From Enterobacteria phage mEp021: a stretch of 54,655 nt of DNA. The stretch lies in the sequence record MH706966. One strand, written 5' to 3'. Positions 9,468-17,804 of the stretch are shown here, piece by piece; within the stretch, counting starts at the first letter, position 1; every line of letters starts with the position of its first letter. A program made the translations under genes and the position numbers. The notes beneath the pieces were generated by a model that saw only the letters and a list, made by a program, of their open reading frames with translations, did no database searches and had not been told where the DNA came from.

Positions 9468-9600
9468 TTTAAAATCCTCTCTAAAACGCTCTCTAACGAG
9501 CTAAACCGCTAAAGGTATGCAAGTGTAGCACCCAATGCTTTTTAGCTCGCTTATGGGCTTGTTTTGTTGGTAATTTTTGATTTTTGCGTATTGTGGTTGG

Positions 9601-10608
9601 TCAAATAGCGCCTGCGCGTGTATCGCGTAGCGTTTTTGGTTTAAGCAGGAAATCAAGTGTCGCAGTGAAGCCATTGCCGAAGTAAAAGTCTGAAGCCGTG
9701 TTTTTAAACGCCTCAAAGTAAGCAATAAAGCCAGTGATGCTTTTGTCTTTCAGGTAGTCAGTGAACGCATAGATCTTGCGTTCAAGATCCCGATCCAGTT
9801 CAGCAGGTGGCAACAGGCCATCAAACGTGCTGTTAAATGCTTCCACTACGTCGGCAGCGTTTGCAGTGACTGACAGTTTGCTCCATTGTTCAGCATCAGC
9901 CAGATACCCATCGAATTTAGTTACCCGGCAAATGTTAACAGGCTTAGGCACTCCACCACGGCCACGCCATTGCGTTAAAGCCCACTCAATCACTAATGTG
10001 ATCTCACCCTCCGTATACGCTTTGCGTGTTTTTGTTTCTGTCAGTAGTTCTACGAATGGCTTTGCATCACGACATTTGCATCCTGCCTTGTCGTTGTAGA
10101 AGGACAGGCAACGCAATGCCGCCAGATTAACCTCCCGATCTTCTTCGCTGATAGACTCGTCTTTTTCCAATACACGAAGTGTATTGTTTTTAATGTTCTC
10201 TTTACTGGTTATATATGACTGATTAGGGTTGCTCTCTGCCACTACCCCCGGTTGCTTTGTGCCACTACCCTGGTTGCTCTCTGCCACTACCCCCGGTTGC
10301 TTTGTGCCACTACCTGACAGTGAAGGTAAAACGATTACATAGAAATTGCTCGTTTGTTCTTTCCCTCCTATTAAATATCGAGGCTGTTTTAGTAATAAAC
10401 CTTTTTTGCAAAGAGCCTCGATTGCTCTCATTGCCGTACTTTTGTTTATTTCGCATTGCTTTGCTATGTGCTGGTAAGAAGGGTAGCACTCTCCGTTATC
10501 GTTAGCGTTATCAGCCAACTTTAACAGCACAAGTTTGTGCATTGGGTTGCCGACTTCAGTATGAAAGACTTCAACCATTAGCCGCATACTCATAAGCATT
10601 AACCTCAT
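9601..10608 (-). CDS. Replication initiator, phage O-like
   Basis: N-terminal winged-HTH pattern KLVLLKLADNANDNGECYPSYQHIAKQCEINKSTAMRAIEALCKKGLL; iterons embedded in the coding sequence; true start probably the internal ATG at 10593 with a gaggt SD. Confidence 0.7.
   Translation of the reverse strand: MRLMLMSMRLMVEVFHTEVGNPMHKLVLLKLADNANDNGECYPSYQHIAKQCEINKSTAMRAIEALCKKGLLLKQPRYLIGGKEQTSNFYVIVLPSLSGSGTKQPGVVAESNQGSGTKQPGVVAESNPNQSYITSKENIKNNTLRVLEKDESISEEDREVNLAALRCLSFYNDKAGCKCRDAKPFVELLTETKTRKAYTEGEITLVIEWALTQWRGRGGVPKPVNICRVTKFDGYLADAEQWSKLSVTANAADVVEAFNSTFDGLLPPAELDRDLERKIYAFTDYLKDKSITGFIAYFEAFKNTASDFYFGNGFTATLDFLLKPKTLRDTRAGAI
10227..10314. repeat. Four tandem ~22-bp iterons (ggttgctYtSTgccactaccc), candidate replication origin
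   Basis: Direct repeats at 10227-10249, 10250-10271, 10272-10294, 10295-10314, inside the O-like gene (encoding SGTKQPGVVAESN twice). Confidence 0.6.
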
Positions 10609-10614
10609 GACGAA

Positions 10615-10860
10615 CTAAAACATTAACTGATAAACACAGAAGAAGCCTGGAAGCTGGCTAATCAGGCCGCTTCTTTTCAGTTGATGCAGTGCAGAGATAG
10701 TGTCACGTAACGAAATTTCGCACATTTCCGCGATCTCTTCCGGAGTTACTTCGCTTTTGCCGTTGCATCCGGCCTTTGTTGCCAGTGCAATTAAGATAAG
10801 TTTTTGCACATGATCATTGTTATTCAGGCGAATATCAAAAGCCTTGCGAACGTAATACAT
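10615..10860 (-). CDS. Small winged-helix DNA-binding protein, first gene of the leftward operon (Cro-like by position)
   Basis: 81 aa; KLILIALATKAGCNGKSEVTPEEIAEMCEISLRDTISALHQLKRSGLI resembles the N-terminal domain of the O-like protein; divergent from cI; SD aggaga. Confidence 0.45.
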   Translation of the reverse strand: MYYVRKAFDIRLNNNDHVQKLILIALATKAGCNGKSEVTPEEIAEMCEISLRDTISALHQLKRSGLISQLPGFFCVYQLMF

Positions 10861-11166
10861 GTTTCTTTCTCCTATGGTTAGAGTGAACGCGCGGGCGGGT
10901 ATCCAATTAGCATTAGATAGCAGTGACTGACCGCTGAACAGATCCCGCCGTTGCGTGATATTTGTTTTTCGCTTCGCAGCGACACCGGATTTTTAAAGAG
11001 CTTTTAAGGTATGTACCTTTTGTGCTTTCCCTTATCTTTTTTCTTGCATCATTGCAACTATGGCCTTACCTTGTCAGCAAGTTTACAGAATGGAGCTTTA
11101 AGATCAAGGCTTGAAAAATACGTTTTGTGACTTGCATCAAAATTTTTTAGGTTATAGGGTAGCGAT
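10861..11166. promoter_or_regulatory. Divergent promoter/operator region between the Cro-like gene and cI
   Basis: 306-bp non-coding spacer with a 14-bp palindrome aaggtatgtacctt (11007-11020), an inverted repeat ttgcatcattgcaa (11044-11057) and a second cttgcatca (11129-11137). Individual operators not assigned. Confidence 0.5.
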
Positions 11167-11814
11167 ATGAAAACAAAATGGTATGACTTAGCAAAACAAC
11201 TCATGCGGGCGCAGGGCATGAGCCAGGATTCATTGGCTGATCTTATGGGGATCACAAAAGGCGGCCTTTCTCACTGGCTGAACGGTAGACGTGAGCCAAA
11301 TCTTGAAGATATTGCGCGTATCATGCGGGCGCTTGGGCGTCGGCAGTTCACTGTCACACATGATGGAATGGTCATTGATGATTCTGTTTCTAACACGTTG
11401 CCGGGAGCGCCGCCGCGTGATTTAGGTAGTTACCCGGTTGTTGACTGGAAGGATGTAGTAAACAATATGGAAGATGCAAGGCGATCAACATTACCACACG
11501 TTACGACTAGCGTTATTTGTTCAGATGATAGTTATTGGCTGGTAGCTAAAGGCGAATCAATGAACGCGCCGCAAGGATTGAGTATACCAGCGGGGACGAT
11601 GATACTTGTCGATCCGCACGCGCCAGCTATTGACGGCAAACTGGTTATAGCCCAATTGGAGGAGGGGCAGGTACCGACGTTTAAACAGTTGATTATTGAT
11701 GGAGGTCAAAGACTTTTGCGTTCGCTCAATCCGCTGTATCCGCCAATCCCTATGAATCCAGAATCAAAAATTATAGGCGTGGTGGTTGATGCGAAGATCG
11801 TAAACCTGCCATAA
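11167..11814 (+). CDS. cI: CI-type repressor (HTH plus S24 LexA-like peptidase domain)
   Basis: 215 aa; N-terminal HTH QDSLADLMGITKGGLSHWLNGRREP; C-terminal AKGESM...DGKLVIAQL S24 autocleavage pattern. Confidence 0.85.
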   Translation: MKTKWYDLAKQLMRAQGMSQDSLADLMGITKGGLSHWLNGRREPNLEDIARIMRALGRRQFTVTHDGMVIDDSVSNTLPGAPPRDLGSYPVVDWKDVVNNMEDARRSTLPHVTTSVICSDDSYWLVAKGESMNAPQGLSIPAGTMILVDPHAPAIDGKLVIAQLEEGQVPTFKQLIIDGGQRLLRSLNPLYPPIPMNPESKIIGVVVDAKIVNLP

Positions 11815-11818
11815 ACAT

Positions 11819-11845
11819 TAGCCGCCGGATGGCGGCTTTTCTTTG
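11819..11845 (+). terminator. Rho-independent terminator after cI
   Basis: Hairpin gccgcc-ggat-ggcggc followed by ttttctttg. Confidence 0.7.
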
Positions 11846-12223
11846 CCGTAAAAACACCAAAACGTAAACAGAAAACATGTTTTATCATTTAAATATCAAT
11901 GAGATAGAAAATTTTTTAAAAAAGTATACAAAATGGATTGACTCTGTATATCACGGGGCGTATATTGCGAATCAAAGGAAGGAGGCAGGAAACAAAAAAG
12001 CACCTTCCAGGCACTTTAAAAAATCAGGCTTAACACCTTGTCAACCGTGGAGTAACTCCCCGATGGGGGACCGAAAGCGGCACTGATAACAAGGCGCATG
12101 GGGTGTTTAAAGCGTTACACCCCCCACGAAACCGCACGCAAGGCGACGAGTCAGCTTGCTTGGAGTGAGCAAGGTCACACCGGAAACGGCGATGATTGCG
12201 GGATTAGTTGAAAGATGTTAAGC

Positions 12224-12261
12224 CGCTCATTAACAATCTGGTCAGCCGCTGGAAGTGCGGC
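12224..12261 (+). promoter_or_regulatory. nutL-like site: boxA-like cgctcattaacaa plus boxB-like hairpin gccgc-tggaagt-gcggc
   Basis: Matches the boxA consensus cgctctttaacaa at 11 of 13 positions; hairpin 8 nt downstream; lies just upstream of the N-like gene. Confidence 0.45.
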
Positions 12262-12317
12262 AATTAACGAAGATGATTTTTTATTAAGTATCATCAAGGA
12301 TATAAGGAGATCAGATC

Positions 12318-12608
12318 ATGACAGTTACAATCATGTATGGCAAATGTGACAGTAAACTGAATGCCAGGGAACGCAGAAGAATAAAAAGAGAAAACGAAAG
12401 AAAATCATCACCTGCAATTAATAAAACGGACAATGTGGATAAAGCCATTCGCTTTGCAAACGAGGAAAGATGCAAACCCAATGGCATTAAAGAACGTCGC
12501 AAAGGAGCGGTAAAATGGTATACGGAAAATGAAAGCGGCAACTACTACCACGCAACGCAACCACGCCAGTTAGGGGAAAAACCCCTTGATAAAGTCCGCT
12601 ACCATTAA
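12318..12608 (+). CDS. N-like transcription antiterminator (arginine-rich motif protein)
   Basis: 96 aa; N-terminus MTVTIMYGKCDSKLNARERRRIKRENERK resembles the P22 gene 24 / lambda N arginine-rich RNA-binding motif as recalled; SD aaggaga. Confidence 0.55.
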   Translation: MTVTIMYGKCDSKLNARERRRIKRENERKSSPAINKTDNVDKAIRFANEERCKPNGIKERRKGAVKWYTENESGNYYHATQPRQLGEKPLDKVRYH

Positions 12609-12638
12609 TACAAAATGTAAATAATCGGAGGTGACATT

Positions 12639-12761
12639 ATGGTTATCGAGGCGCTCAAATTCAAACTTGCGGTAGCGGAAATGCTTCATGATGCCGAAAT
12701 GTGGAGCGCCGCGAATAAAGCCTTATACGTAGTGTTAACAGCGAAGGAGATCAAAGAGTGA
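12639..12761 (+). CDS. Hypothetical small protein (40 aa)
   Basis: Strong SD ggaggtga; stop overlaps the erf start. Confidence 0.35.
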   Translation: MVIEALKFKLAVAEMLHDAEMWSAANKALYVVLTAKEIKE

Positions 12762-13399
12762 AAACAGAGTTACACAAAAAGCTGTGGACGATTCAACAAA
12801 CGTTGAATGCGCCGAAAAATCAGCGTAATAATTTCGGTGGGTACAATTACAGGTCGGCGGAGGATATTTTAGAGGCGGTTAAGCCACTGCTTCAAAATAT
12901 CACGCTGACTGTTAGCGATGAAATCGTCCTGATCGGCAATCGCTATTATGTGAAGGCCACAGCTACGCTAAGCGACGGTGAAGATGAAATTGCGGTAACT
13001 GCTTACGCCAGGGAAGAAGAAAGCAAGAAGGGAATGGACGCAAGCCAGTTAACTGGCGCGACATCAAGTTATGCGCGGAAATACGCGTTGAACGGATTGT
13101 TCTGTATTGATGATGCGCGAGATCCTGATACTGACGCATACGCGAAGCAGACTGGCCAGCAGCCTCGCCAGCAGAAAAACACACCAAAACAACAACCACA
13201 GCAGCAGAAAGCGCCGCCAAATCCTGACGAGGTGTTAGCGCGTTTCTGTGATGCAGCAGCGAAAGCGCCTGACGCTAACAAGTTGCGCGAGATATTCGGG
13301 AAGTGCTGGAAGCTACTTCCTAAAGATTCAGAACAGCAACAGAAAGCTAAAGACGTTTATGATATTCGCTTAAAAGAGCTTAACGGGGAGATCGGTTAA
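12758..13399 (+). CDS. erf: Erf-family single-strand annealing protein
   Basis: 213 aa; N-terminus LNAPKNQRNNFGGYNYRSAEDILEAVKPLL resembles P22 Erf as recalled; GTG start with SD gaaggaga. Confidence 0.75.
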   Translation: MKTELHKKLWTIQQTLNAPKNQRNNFGGYNYRSAEDILEAVKPLLQNITLTVSDEIVLIGNRYYVKATATLSDGEDEIAVTAYAREEESKKGMDASQLTGATSSYARKYALNGLFCIDDARDPDTDAYAKQTGQQPRQQKNTPKQQPQQQKAPPNPDEVLARFCDAAAKAPDANKLREIFGKCWKLLPKDSEQQQKAKDVYDIRLKELNGEIG

Positions 13400-13809
13400 T
13401 GAGCTTAAATTCAATTACGCTTGGCGGTAACGTTGGGAATGATTGCGAAACGAGATTTACATCAAACGGGAAAGCAATCGGTAGTTTCTCACTTGCTGTA
13501 CAACAAGGTTACGGTGATAACAAACGTGCAATGTGGGTAACGTGTTTAATATTAGGTGATAGAGCAACAAAATTAGCCGAACATATTAGGAAGGGGGATC
13601 ACCTGGTTGTAAGTGGTCGGTTGGATGTTAGGGATTGGGAAGGGCAGGACGGAAGAAAAAACAAATCAGTTGAGGTTATCGTGTCAGATATTGAATTTAT
13701 GAGCGGAAATAAACGCAGCGACCAAAACCAAAACAGACAACGCGAACAGCAACAACAATATAACCAGGATAACGGCGGGCAGGACTGCGACCAAGATATC
13801 CCATTTTAG
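13399..13809 (+). CDS. ssb: Single-stranded DNA-binding protein
   Basis: 136 aa; OB-fold pattern, glutamine-rich linker and C-terminal acidic tail ending DIPF. Confidence 0.85.
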   Translation: MSLNSITLGGNVGNDCETRFTSNGKAIGSFSLAVQQGYGDNKRAMWVTCLILGDRATKLAEHIRKGDHLVVSGRLDVRDWEGQDGRKNKSVEVIVSDIEFMSGNKRSDQNQNRQREQQQQYNQDNGGQDCDQDIPF

Positions 13810-13838
13810 CGAATATAATCAATTAGTTAGGTGTTATT

Positions 13839-14363
13839 ATGAGTAATGCCGAACCATTGAAAATATGTTGTACTTGCGGGGCACTATTGCCCCTTTCTTG
13901 TTTTCATAACGATAAGGGCAAGAAAGACGGCAAATCATGTAGATGTAAAGAGTGCGCCAAAAAAGCCACTAGAGAATGGAGTGAAGCGAATAAAGAAAGA
14001 AAAAAGAAAAATGATAGCGAATACGCAAAAACAGATAAAGCCAAAAAGAAAAGGGAAGAATACAGAAAATCGCAAAGAGGTAAAGAGATCGCGGCTGAAT
14101 CAAGAAAAAAATGGAATGAGAAAAACCCTAAAAAATACCACGCCCAAGTGATGGCACATAACGCTATCCGCGACGGCAAATTAATTAAACAACCTTGCGA
14201 AGTATGCGGCAGAGATGACCGCGTACACGCGCACCATTGCGATTATGATAAGCCGCTCGATGTTATGTGGCTTTGCCCGATATGCCATCGAGAGTGGCAC
14301 AACGAACACGGTGAAGGAGCTAATGCACACGACGAGGTATTAAGTGGTGAGCGAATATCTTAA
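13839..14363 (+). CDS. Zinc-binding protein with HNH-like C-terminal motif and lysine-rich centre
   Basis: 174 aa; CCTCG...C.C.EC then HAHHCDYDKPLDVMWLCPICHREWH. Confidence 0.5.
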   Translation: MSNAEPLKICCTCGALLPLSCFHNDKGKKDGKSCRCKECAKKATREWSEANKERKKKNDSEYAKTDKAKKKREEYRKSQRGKEIAAESRKKWNEKNPKKYHAQVMAHNAIRDGKLIKQPCEVCGRDDRVHAHHCDYDKPLDVMWLCPICHREWHNEHGEGANAHDEVLSGERIS

Positions 14364-14628
14364 AGCACCGCCACCGCCACCGCGAACAAAAGAACAAGTA
14401 TTAAAAGAAGCCCGTGATCATATCGATCATGGGCTTTTTTTATGCGGAACGGCGGCGGATCGAATGGCGAAAAGATTTAGTGACCTGTACGCAAAACAAA
14501 TATGGTTCGACAACTGGCAGGCAAGTTTTTACCCACTGCAAAGAAAACCGGATATGCATTGGCCTGAATATGTCGATCCACGTATGCGCAAATATCGCGG
14601 GCGTATGGGCCAGGTTATTAACGATTAA
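14344..14628 (+). CDS. Hypothetical protein (94 aa)
   Basis: ORF in the rightward early operon. Confidence 0.4.
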   Translation: MVSEYLKAPPPPPRTKEQVLKEARDHIDHGLFLCGTAADRMAKRFSDLYAKQIWFDNWQASFYPLQRKPDMHWPEYVDPRMRKYRGRMGQVIND

Positions 14629-14642
14629 TGAGGTATTAAATC

Positions 14643-14867
14643 ATGATCGAAGATAAAGAAGTTGACGTAGAAATTCCTGACAGCGCTGATGAGCTTATCA
14701 CTTTCGGCGGCGGCCTGTATGAGTTCGATACATCGGCTGGGTGGGTTGATAAGTGGCCTCAGCCTACTCGCCAGGAATTAATTAACCGCAAATCATTCGG
14801 CGAAGATGCAGAACGCCTTGCTAATAACAAGTGGCTTAACAAGTTCATTGCGGAGGGTGATAAATGA
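14643..14867 (+). CDS. Hypothetical acidic protein (74 aa)
   Basis: ORF with SD; D/E-rich. Confidence 0.45.
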   Translation: MIEDKEVDVEIPDSADELITFGGGLYEFDTSAGWVDKWPQPTRQELINRKSFGEDAERLANNKWLNKFIAEGDK

Positions 14868-14977
14868 ACCTTGCAAAAATTGCCGCATTGCTTGCGGCTT
14901 TGTCTATCGCTGTGCTGTATCTCAGCGTATCGCTTTATATAACGGTAGCGATCATTAAACTCATTGCTAACATGTGA
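14864..14977 (+). CDS. Small membrane peptide (37 aa)
   Basis: MNLAKIAALLAALSIAVLYLSVSLYITVAIIKLIANM; ATGA overlap with the upstream stop; SD ggaggg. Confidence 0.45.
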   Translation: MNLAKIAALLAALSIAVLYLSVSLYITVAIIKLIANM

Positions 14978-14985
14978 GGTTAATC

Positions 14986-15105
14986 ATGAAAGTCGGTAAG
15001 GATATTGTGACGGTCGCGTTTTGCATTATTTGCTTCCTATTTGTGGTTGTGTTTTGTGGCGGATTTGCAGCGCTGGTTAGCTTTATTTTCAGGGGATTGT
15101 TGTGA
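14986..15105 (+). CDS. Small membrane peptide (39 aa)
   Basis: MKVGKDIVTVAFCIICFLFVVVFCGGFAALVSFIFRGLL; SD tgaggt; overlaps the next gene start. Confidence 0.45.
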   Translation: MKVGKDIVTVAFCIICFLFVVVFCGGFAALVSFIFRGLL

Positions 15106-15377
15106 TGAAAACATGGGATGCAAAGACTGGTGATCTTGTTGTATTGCCTGAATATCGTGATGACCCTGGCCTGGTTGTACTGAATAAGATGTATAACGAT
15201 CTAGATCGCCCGCTAGTGGTTAAATACCTGGACGGAACAATCATAGAACCGCGCTACTTTGATGATATTGAACTGAAGGCCCGCAACGTTCGCGTTAAGC
15301 CGTTCCGGGCTTATGTTGAGGACCACTGGCGGAAATTGTTCGCCGGACTGAATGGGATGTACGGCGTATGGCTATAA
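15102..15377 (+). CDS. Hypothetical protein (91 aa)
   Basis: ORF in a tightly packed operon. Confidence 0.45.
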   Translation: MMKTWDAKTGDLVVLPEYRDDPGLVVLNKMYNDLDRPLVVKYLDGTIIEPRYFDDIELKARNVRVKPFRAYVEDHWRKLFAGLNGMYGVWL

Positions 15378-15559
15378 AGGAAGTAAAGGTCAAAGACCTG
15401 AAAGGCGGTGAGCGATTAAAGGCGTGGTGGGGTCGCGAGTTTACAGCCGCTGCCTTCATGATCATGCAGGGCGGGGAGGTCGTTATATACGATGAAGACC
15501 TGAAGGAAGTCGGCAGGTGGCATCTTGAGCAATATATCGAGGTGTTAGATGAAAATTAA
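15368..15559 (+). CDS. Hypothetical protein (63 aa)
   Basis: ORF in a tightly packed operon. Confidence 0.4.
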   Translation: MAIKEVKVKDLKGGERLKAWWGREFTAAAFMIMQGGEVVIYDEDLKEVGRWHLEQYIEVLDEN

Positions 15560-15881
15560 ATTCCATAAAGGTTATGATTCGGTCACTAACAAGTTATCGC
15601 TATTTATTGAGTTCGAGCGCCGGATCGTGGTTGTTCCTTATTCTCGGCGCTTTAATGATGCGGCAGGGCGGCGGCAATTCGCGTTAGACATGTTGTTACG
15701 TGGCTGCGGCCTTATGCGCCCGCTATCTGATTTGAAACGGATGATGCCGGGATCGTTCGGTCAGATTGATGAAATAGAAATAAGCCCGGAAGAACTGAAG
15801 CGGGAGCGTGATTTATTCCTTTCAAGCGAAGGAAACCCGTTTAATTCAGAAACAGAAATGAAATGGCATCACCCACTATAA
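15549..15881 (+). CDS. Hypothetical protein (110 aa)
   Basis: ORF in a tightly packed operon. Confidence 0.45.
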   Translation: MKIKFHKGYDSVTNKLSLFIEFERRIVVVPYSRRFNDAAGRRQFALDMLLRGCGLMRPLSDLKRMMPGSFGQIDEIEISPEELKRERDLFLSSEGNPFNSETEMKWHHPL

Positions 15882-15894
15882 AAGGATAAATATC

Positions 15895-16515
15895 ATGAAC
15901 GACATTAAAACAGCTTATTCACTAGGCAGCGATGGCATGTTAATCACTCGCTACACTGAAGACGCAAGTTTTCATGAAGTGGAAACGAAGGATTATCACG
16001 AAGTATTAAAAGATATGGAAGCTGGCGCGTATGACGCAGATTTGAATCTGGCTTTACAGATTGTTGATATTATGATGGACGCGTCGATCCGCGATTATGT
16101 GTCTTTAAACGCTGAAGAAAAAACGGCTGTGGCTCGTTATGTCTTCTGCCTAACTTTCGTGAAACGAATGGAAGAGGAATATGGGCGCGTGCCAGTGCCG
16201 GAAGAAATTGACCCGCTGGCGTTCGGAAGCGCTGTTATTTTCCCGTTAGATGAAAATCATACTGGTAGCGTTGCGCTGCATTCTATGCGCGGCGTAATGA
16301 AATGCATCTTTGAGGCTAAAGCGCTACAGAAGTGCATTGATGAAGGGCATGACGAAGAAGACGTAAAAGCGATCATGCCGTTGTTTTATGGCGAAATGGT
16401 TGGGAACAACATGCGCGCAAATGATTTAGGTGTGCAGGCTGCCATAACTGTACTTAACGAAGCGCGGAAAATGTCGCAGCCAATGCCGGAACCTGAAAAA
16501 CGTGTACTGCATTAA
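15895..16515 (+). CDS. Hypothetical acidic protein (206 aa)
   Basis: Long ORF with SD; markedly D/E-rich. Confidence 0.5.
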   Translation: MNDIKTAYSLGSDGMLITRYTEDASFHEVETKDYHEVLKDMEAGAYDADLNLALQIVDIMMDASIRDYVSLNAEEKTAVARYVFCLTFVKRMEEEYGRVPVPEEIDPLAFGSAVIFPLDENHTGSVALHSMRGVMKCIFEAKALQKCIDEGHDEEDVKAIMPLFYGEMVGNNMRANDLGVQAAITVLNEARKMSQPMPEPEKRVLH

Positions 16516-16614
16516 CATCGTGATTGCGATCACATAAATATACATTTTGTGTTGTGATCGCATATCCGTTTTGTAAACTGAAATCAAAAGGTTTACGGCA
16601 CGGAGGAAAACAAG

Positions 16615-16833
16615 ATGGCAAGCGAATTAATGCTTTATTGTGTTGAAGGTGGCGTGGGACATGATGCCTACGTCGCCGGGAAAAGCTATCCAGCAGATGA
16701 AGTGCTTTCTAATATGCACTTCCGGGAAAATGAAAACCAGGTGTCTGTGTGGAAGCGATGCGTTGATGGCATTGAGGTAGTTAGCCTCGAAAGATATTTG
16801 GGTAAATTTGACTACGCATTGATCGAGGCTTAA
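16615..16833 (+). CDS. Hypothetical protein (72 aa)
   Basis: SD cggagg upstream. Confidence 0.45.
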   Translation: MASELMLYCVEGGVGHDAYVAGKSYPADEVLSNMHFRENENQVSVWKRCVDGIEVVSLERYLGKFDYALIEA

Positions 16834-16931
16834 CTATGGACGAAACATTGCTATTCATGTGCATTTGCTGGGGTTTTATTGCCTTATGCCTGTTTATCAG
16901 GTGGTTTATTGAATACCATATGAGGTGATAT

Positions 16932-17126
16932 ATGGAACAGAAAACTGATTATAGAATACCTGACAACCTGAAGTTAGTTGGCATTGGTTTTGGTTGTCGT
17001 TTTGTATCTGACGCAAACGGGGCGATTTATTTAGTGCGCATCATTGATGGCGTTCAACATATAAGAAGGCTAGGACTTTACATCAAAGCATTTAGAAGAG
17101 GTTATTTGAAAACTCATGAAATTTAA
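16932..17126 (+). CDS. Hypothetical protein (64 aa)
   Basis: ORF with SD gaggtga. Confidence 0.4.
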   Translation: MEQKTDYRIPDNLKLVGIGFGCRFVSDANGAIYLVRIIDGVQHIRRLGLYIKAFRRGYLKTHEI

Positions 17127-17319
17127 ACAGTATAAAGAATGGAAGATTCCAGAAGAAGCGACAAAGGCAGCGCCCGGAATTTTTTCGGGCGTTTATTTTT
17201 ATATGGGCGGTAAATGGTATTTCGGCAGCAGGCCGGATCACTATTATCAAGAATTATGCAAATCTCACACATGGGACATTAATGAACGCGTGCAAGGCGG
17301 TGTAATAGACGAGGTTTAA
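17116..17319 (+). CDS. Hypothetical protein (67 aa)
   Basis: ORF overlapping its neighbours by a few nt. Confidence 0.4.
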   Translation: MKFKQYKEWKIPEEATKAAPGIFSGVYFYMGGKWYFGSRPDHYYQELCKSHTWDINERVQGGVIDEV

Positions 17320-17320
17320 A

Positions 17321-17557
17321 ATGATTAATGGTTTTTTAAGCTGGTTAAGAGTGTGGTTTTTTGCCACGCTTTTCGTTTTTTTGGCGTTCAGCGGTGTCAT
17401 TGTCATATTTACGCTGGCGATGATGTTCATTACATGGTCAGTACCTGAATTTAACAATCTTGGAAGTATTTTTGCTGTCGCCCGCGCCATGTTTGCTTGT
17501 AGCGCATTTGTTGGTTTTTGTTGGAGTGTTTCGCCTGATTGGGATGATGAATGGTGA
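17321..17557 (+). CDS. Small membrane protein (78 aa, two predicted TM helices)
   Basis: Hydrophobic segments FFATLFVFLAFSGVIVIFTLAMMFI and FACSAFVGFCW. Confidence 0.45.
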   Translation: MINGFLSWLRVWFFATLFVFLAFSGVIVIFTLAMMFITWSVPEFNNLGSIFAVARAMFACSAFVGFCWSVSPDWDDEW

Positions 17558-17561
17558 TCCT

Positions 17562-17795
17562 ATGGCCTTGTTCAATATGTCAGAACTGCAATTCAACGCC
17601 GTAAAAGCTGCCGCCCGCGCTGCACTTTCTGCTTGCAAAGCGGAGGTAGAGAAAAACGGCTACAGCGATAAAGCCACGCGGCTGATATTAGAAAAGCATT
17701 ATCGCAAGGTCGCCCCACTAATCAGCATTGAGCGCTTTGTGTGGTTGGTGGGGTATTTAAACAACCGTTGGGGGACGGAACAAGATTATTTCTAA
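17562..17795 (+). CDS. Hypothetical protein (77 aa)
   Basis: Internal ATG start chosen to avoid overlap with the upstream membrane-protein ORF. Confidence 0.4.
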   Translation: MALFNMSELQFNAVKAAARAALSACKAEVEKNGYSDKATRLILEKHYRKVAPLISIERFVWLVGYLNNRWGTEQDYF

Positions 17796-17804
17796 GGGGG
17801 CGTA

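Noticed and set aside
11058-11255. 65-aa minus-strand ORF spanning the operator region and the cI start
   Set aside because: Overlaps the cI start and the regulatory spacer; no SD; antisense artefact.
11877-12086. 69-aa plus-strand ORF between the cI terminator and the nutL-like site
   Set aside because: Lies where the early rightward promoter/operator is expected; AT-rich start without SD; probably non-coding.
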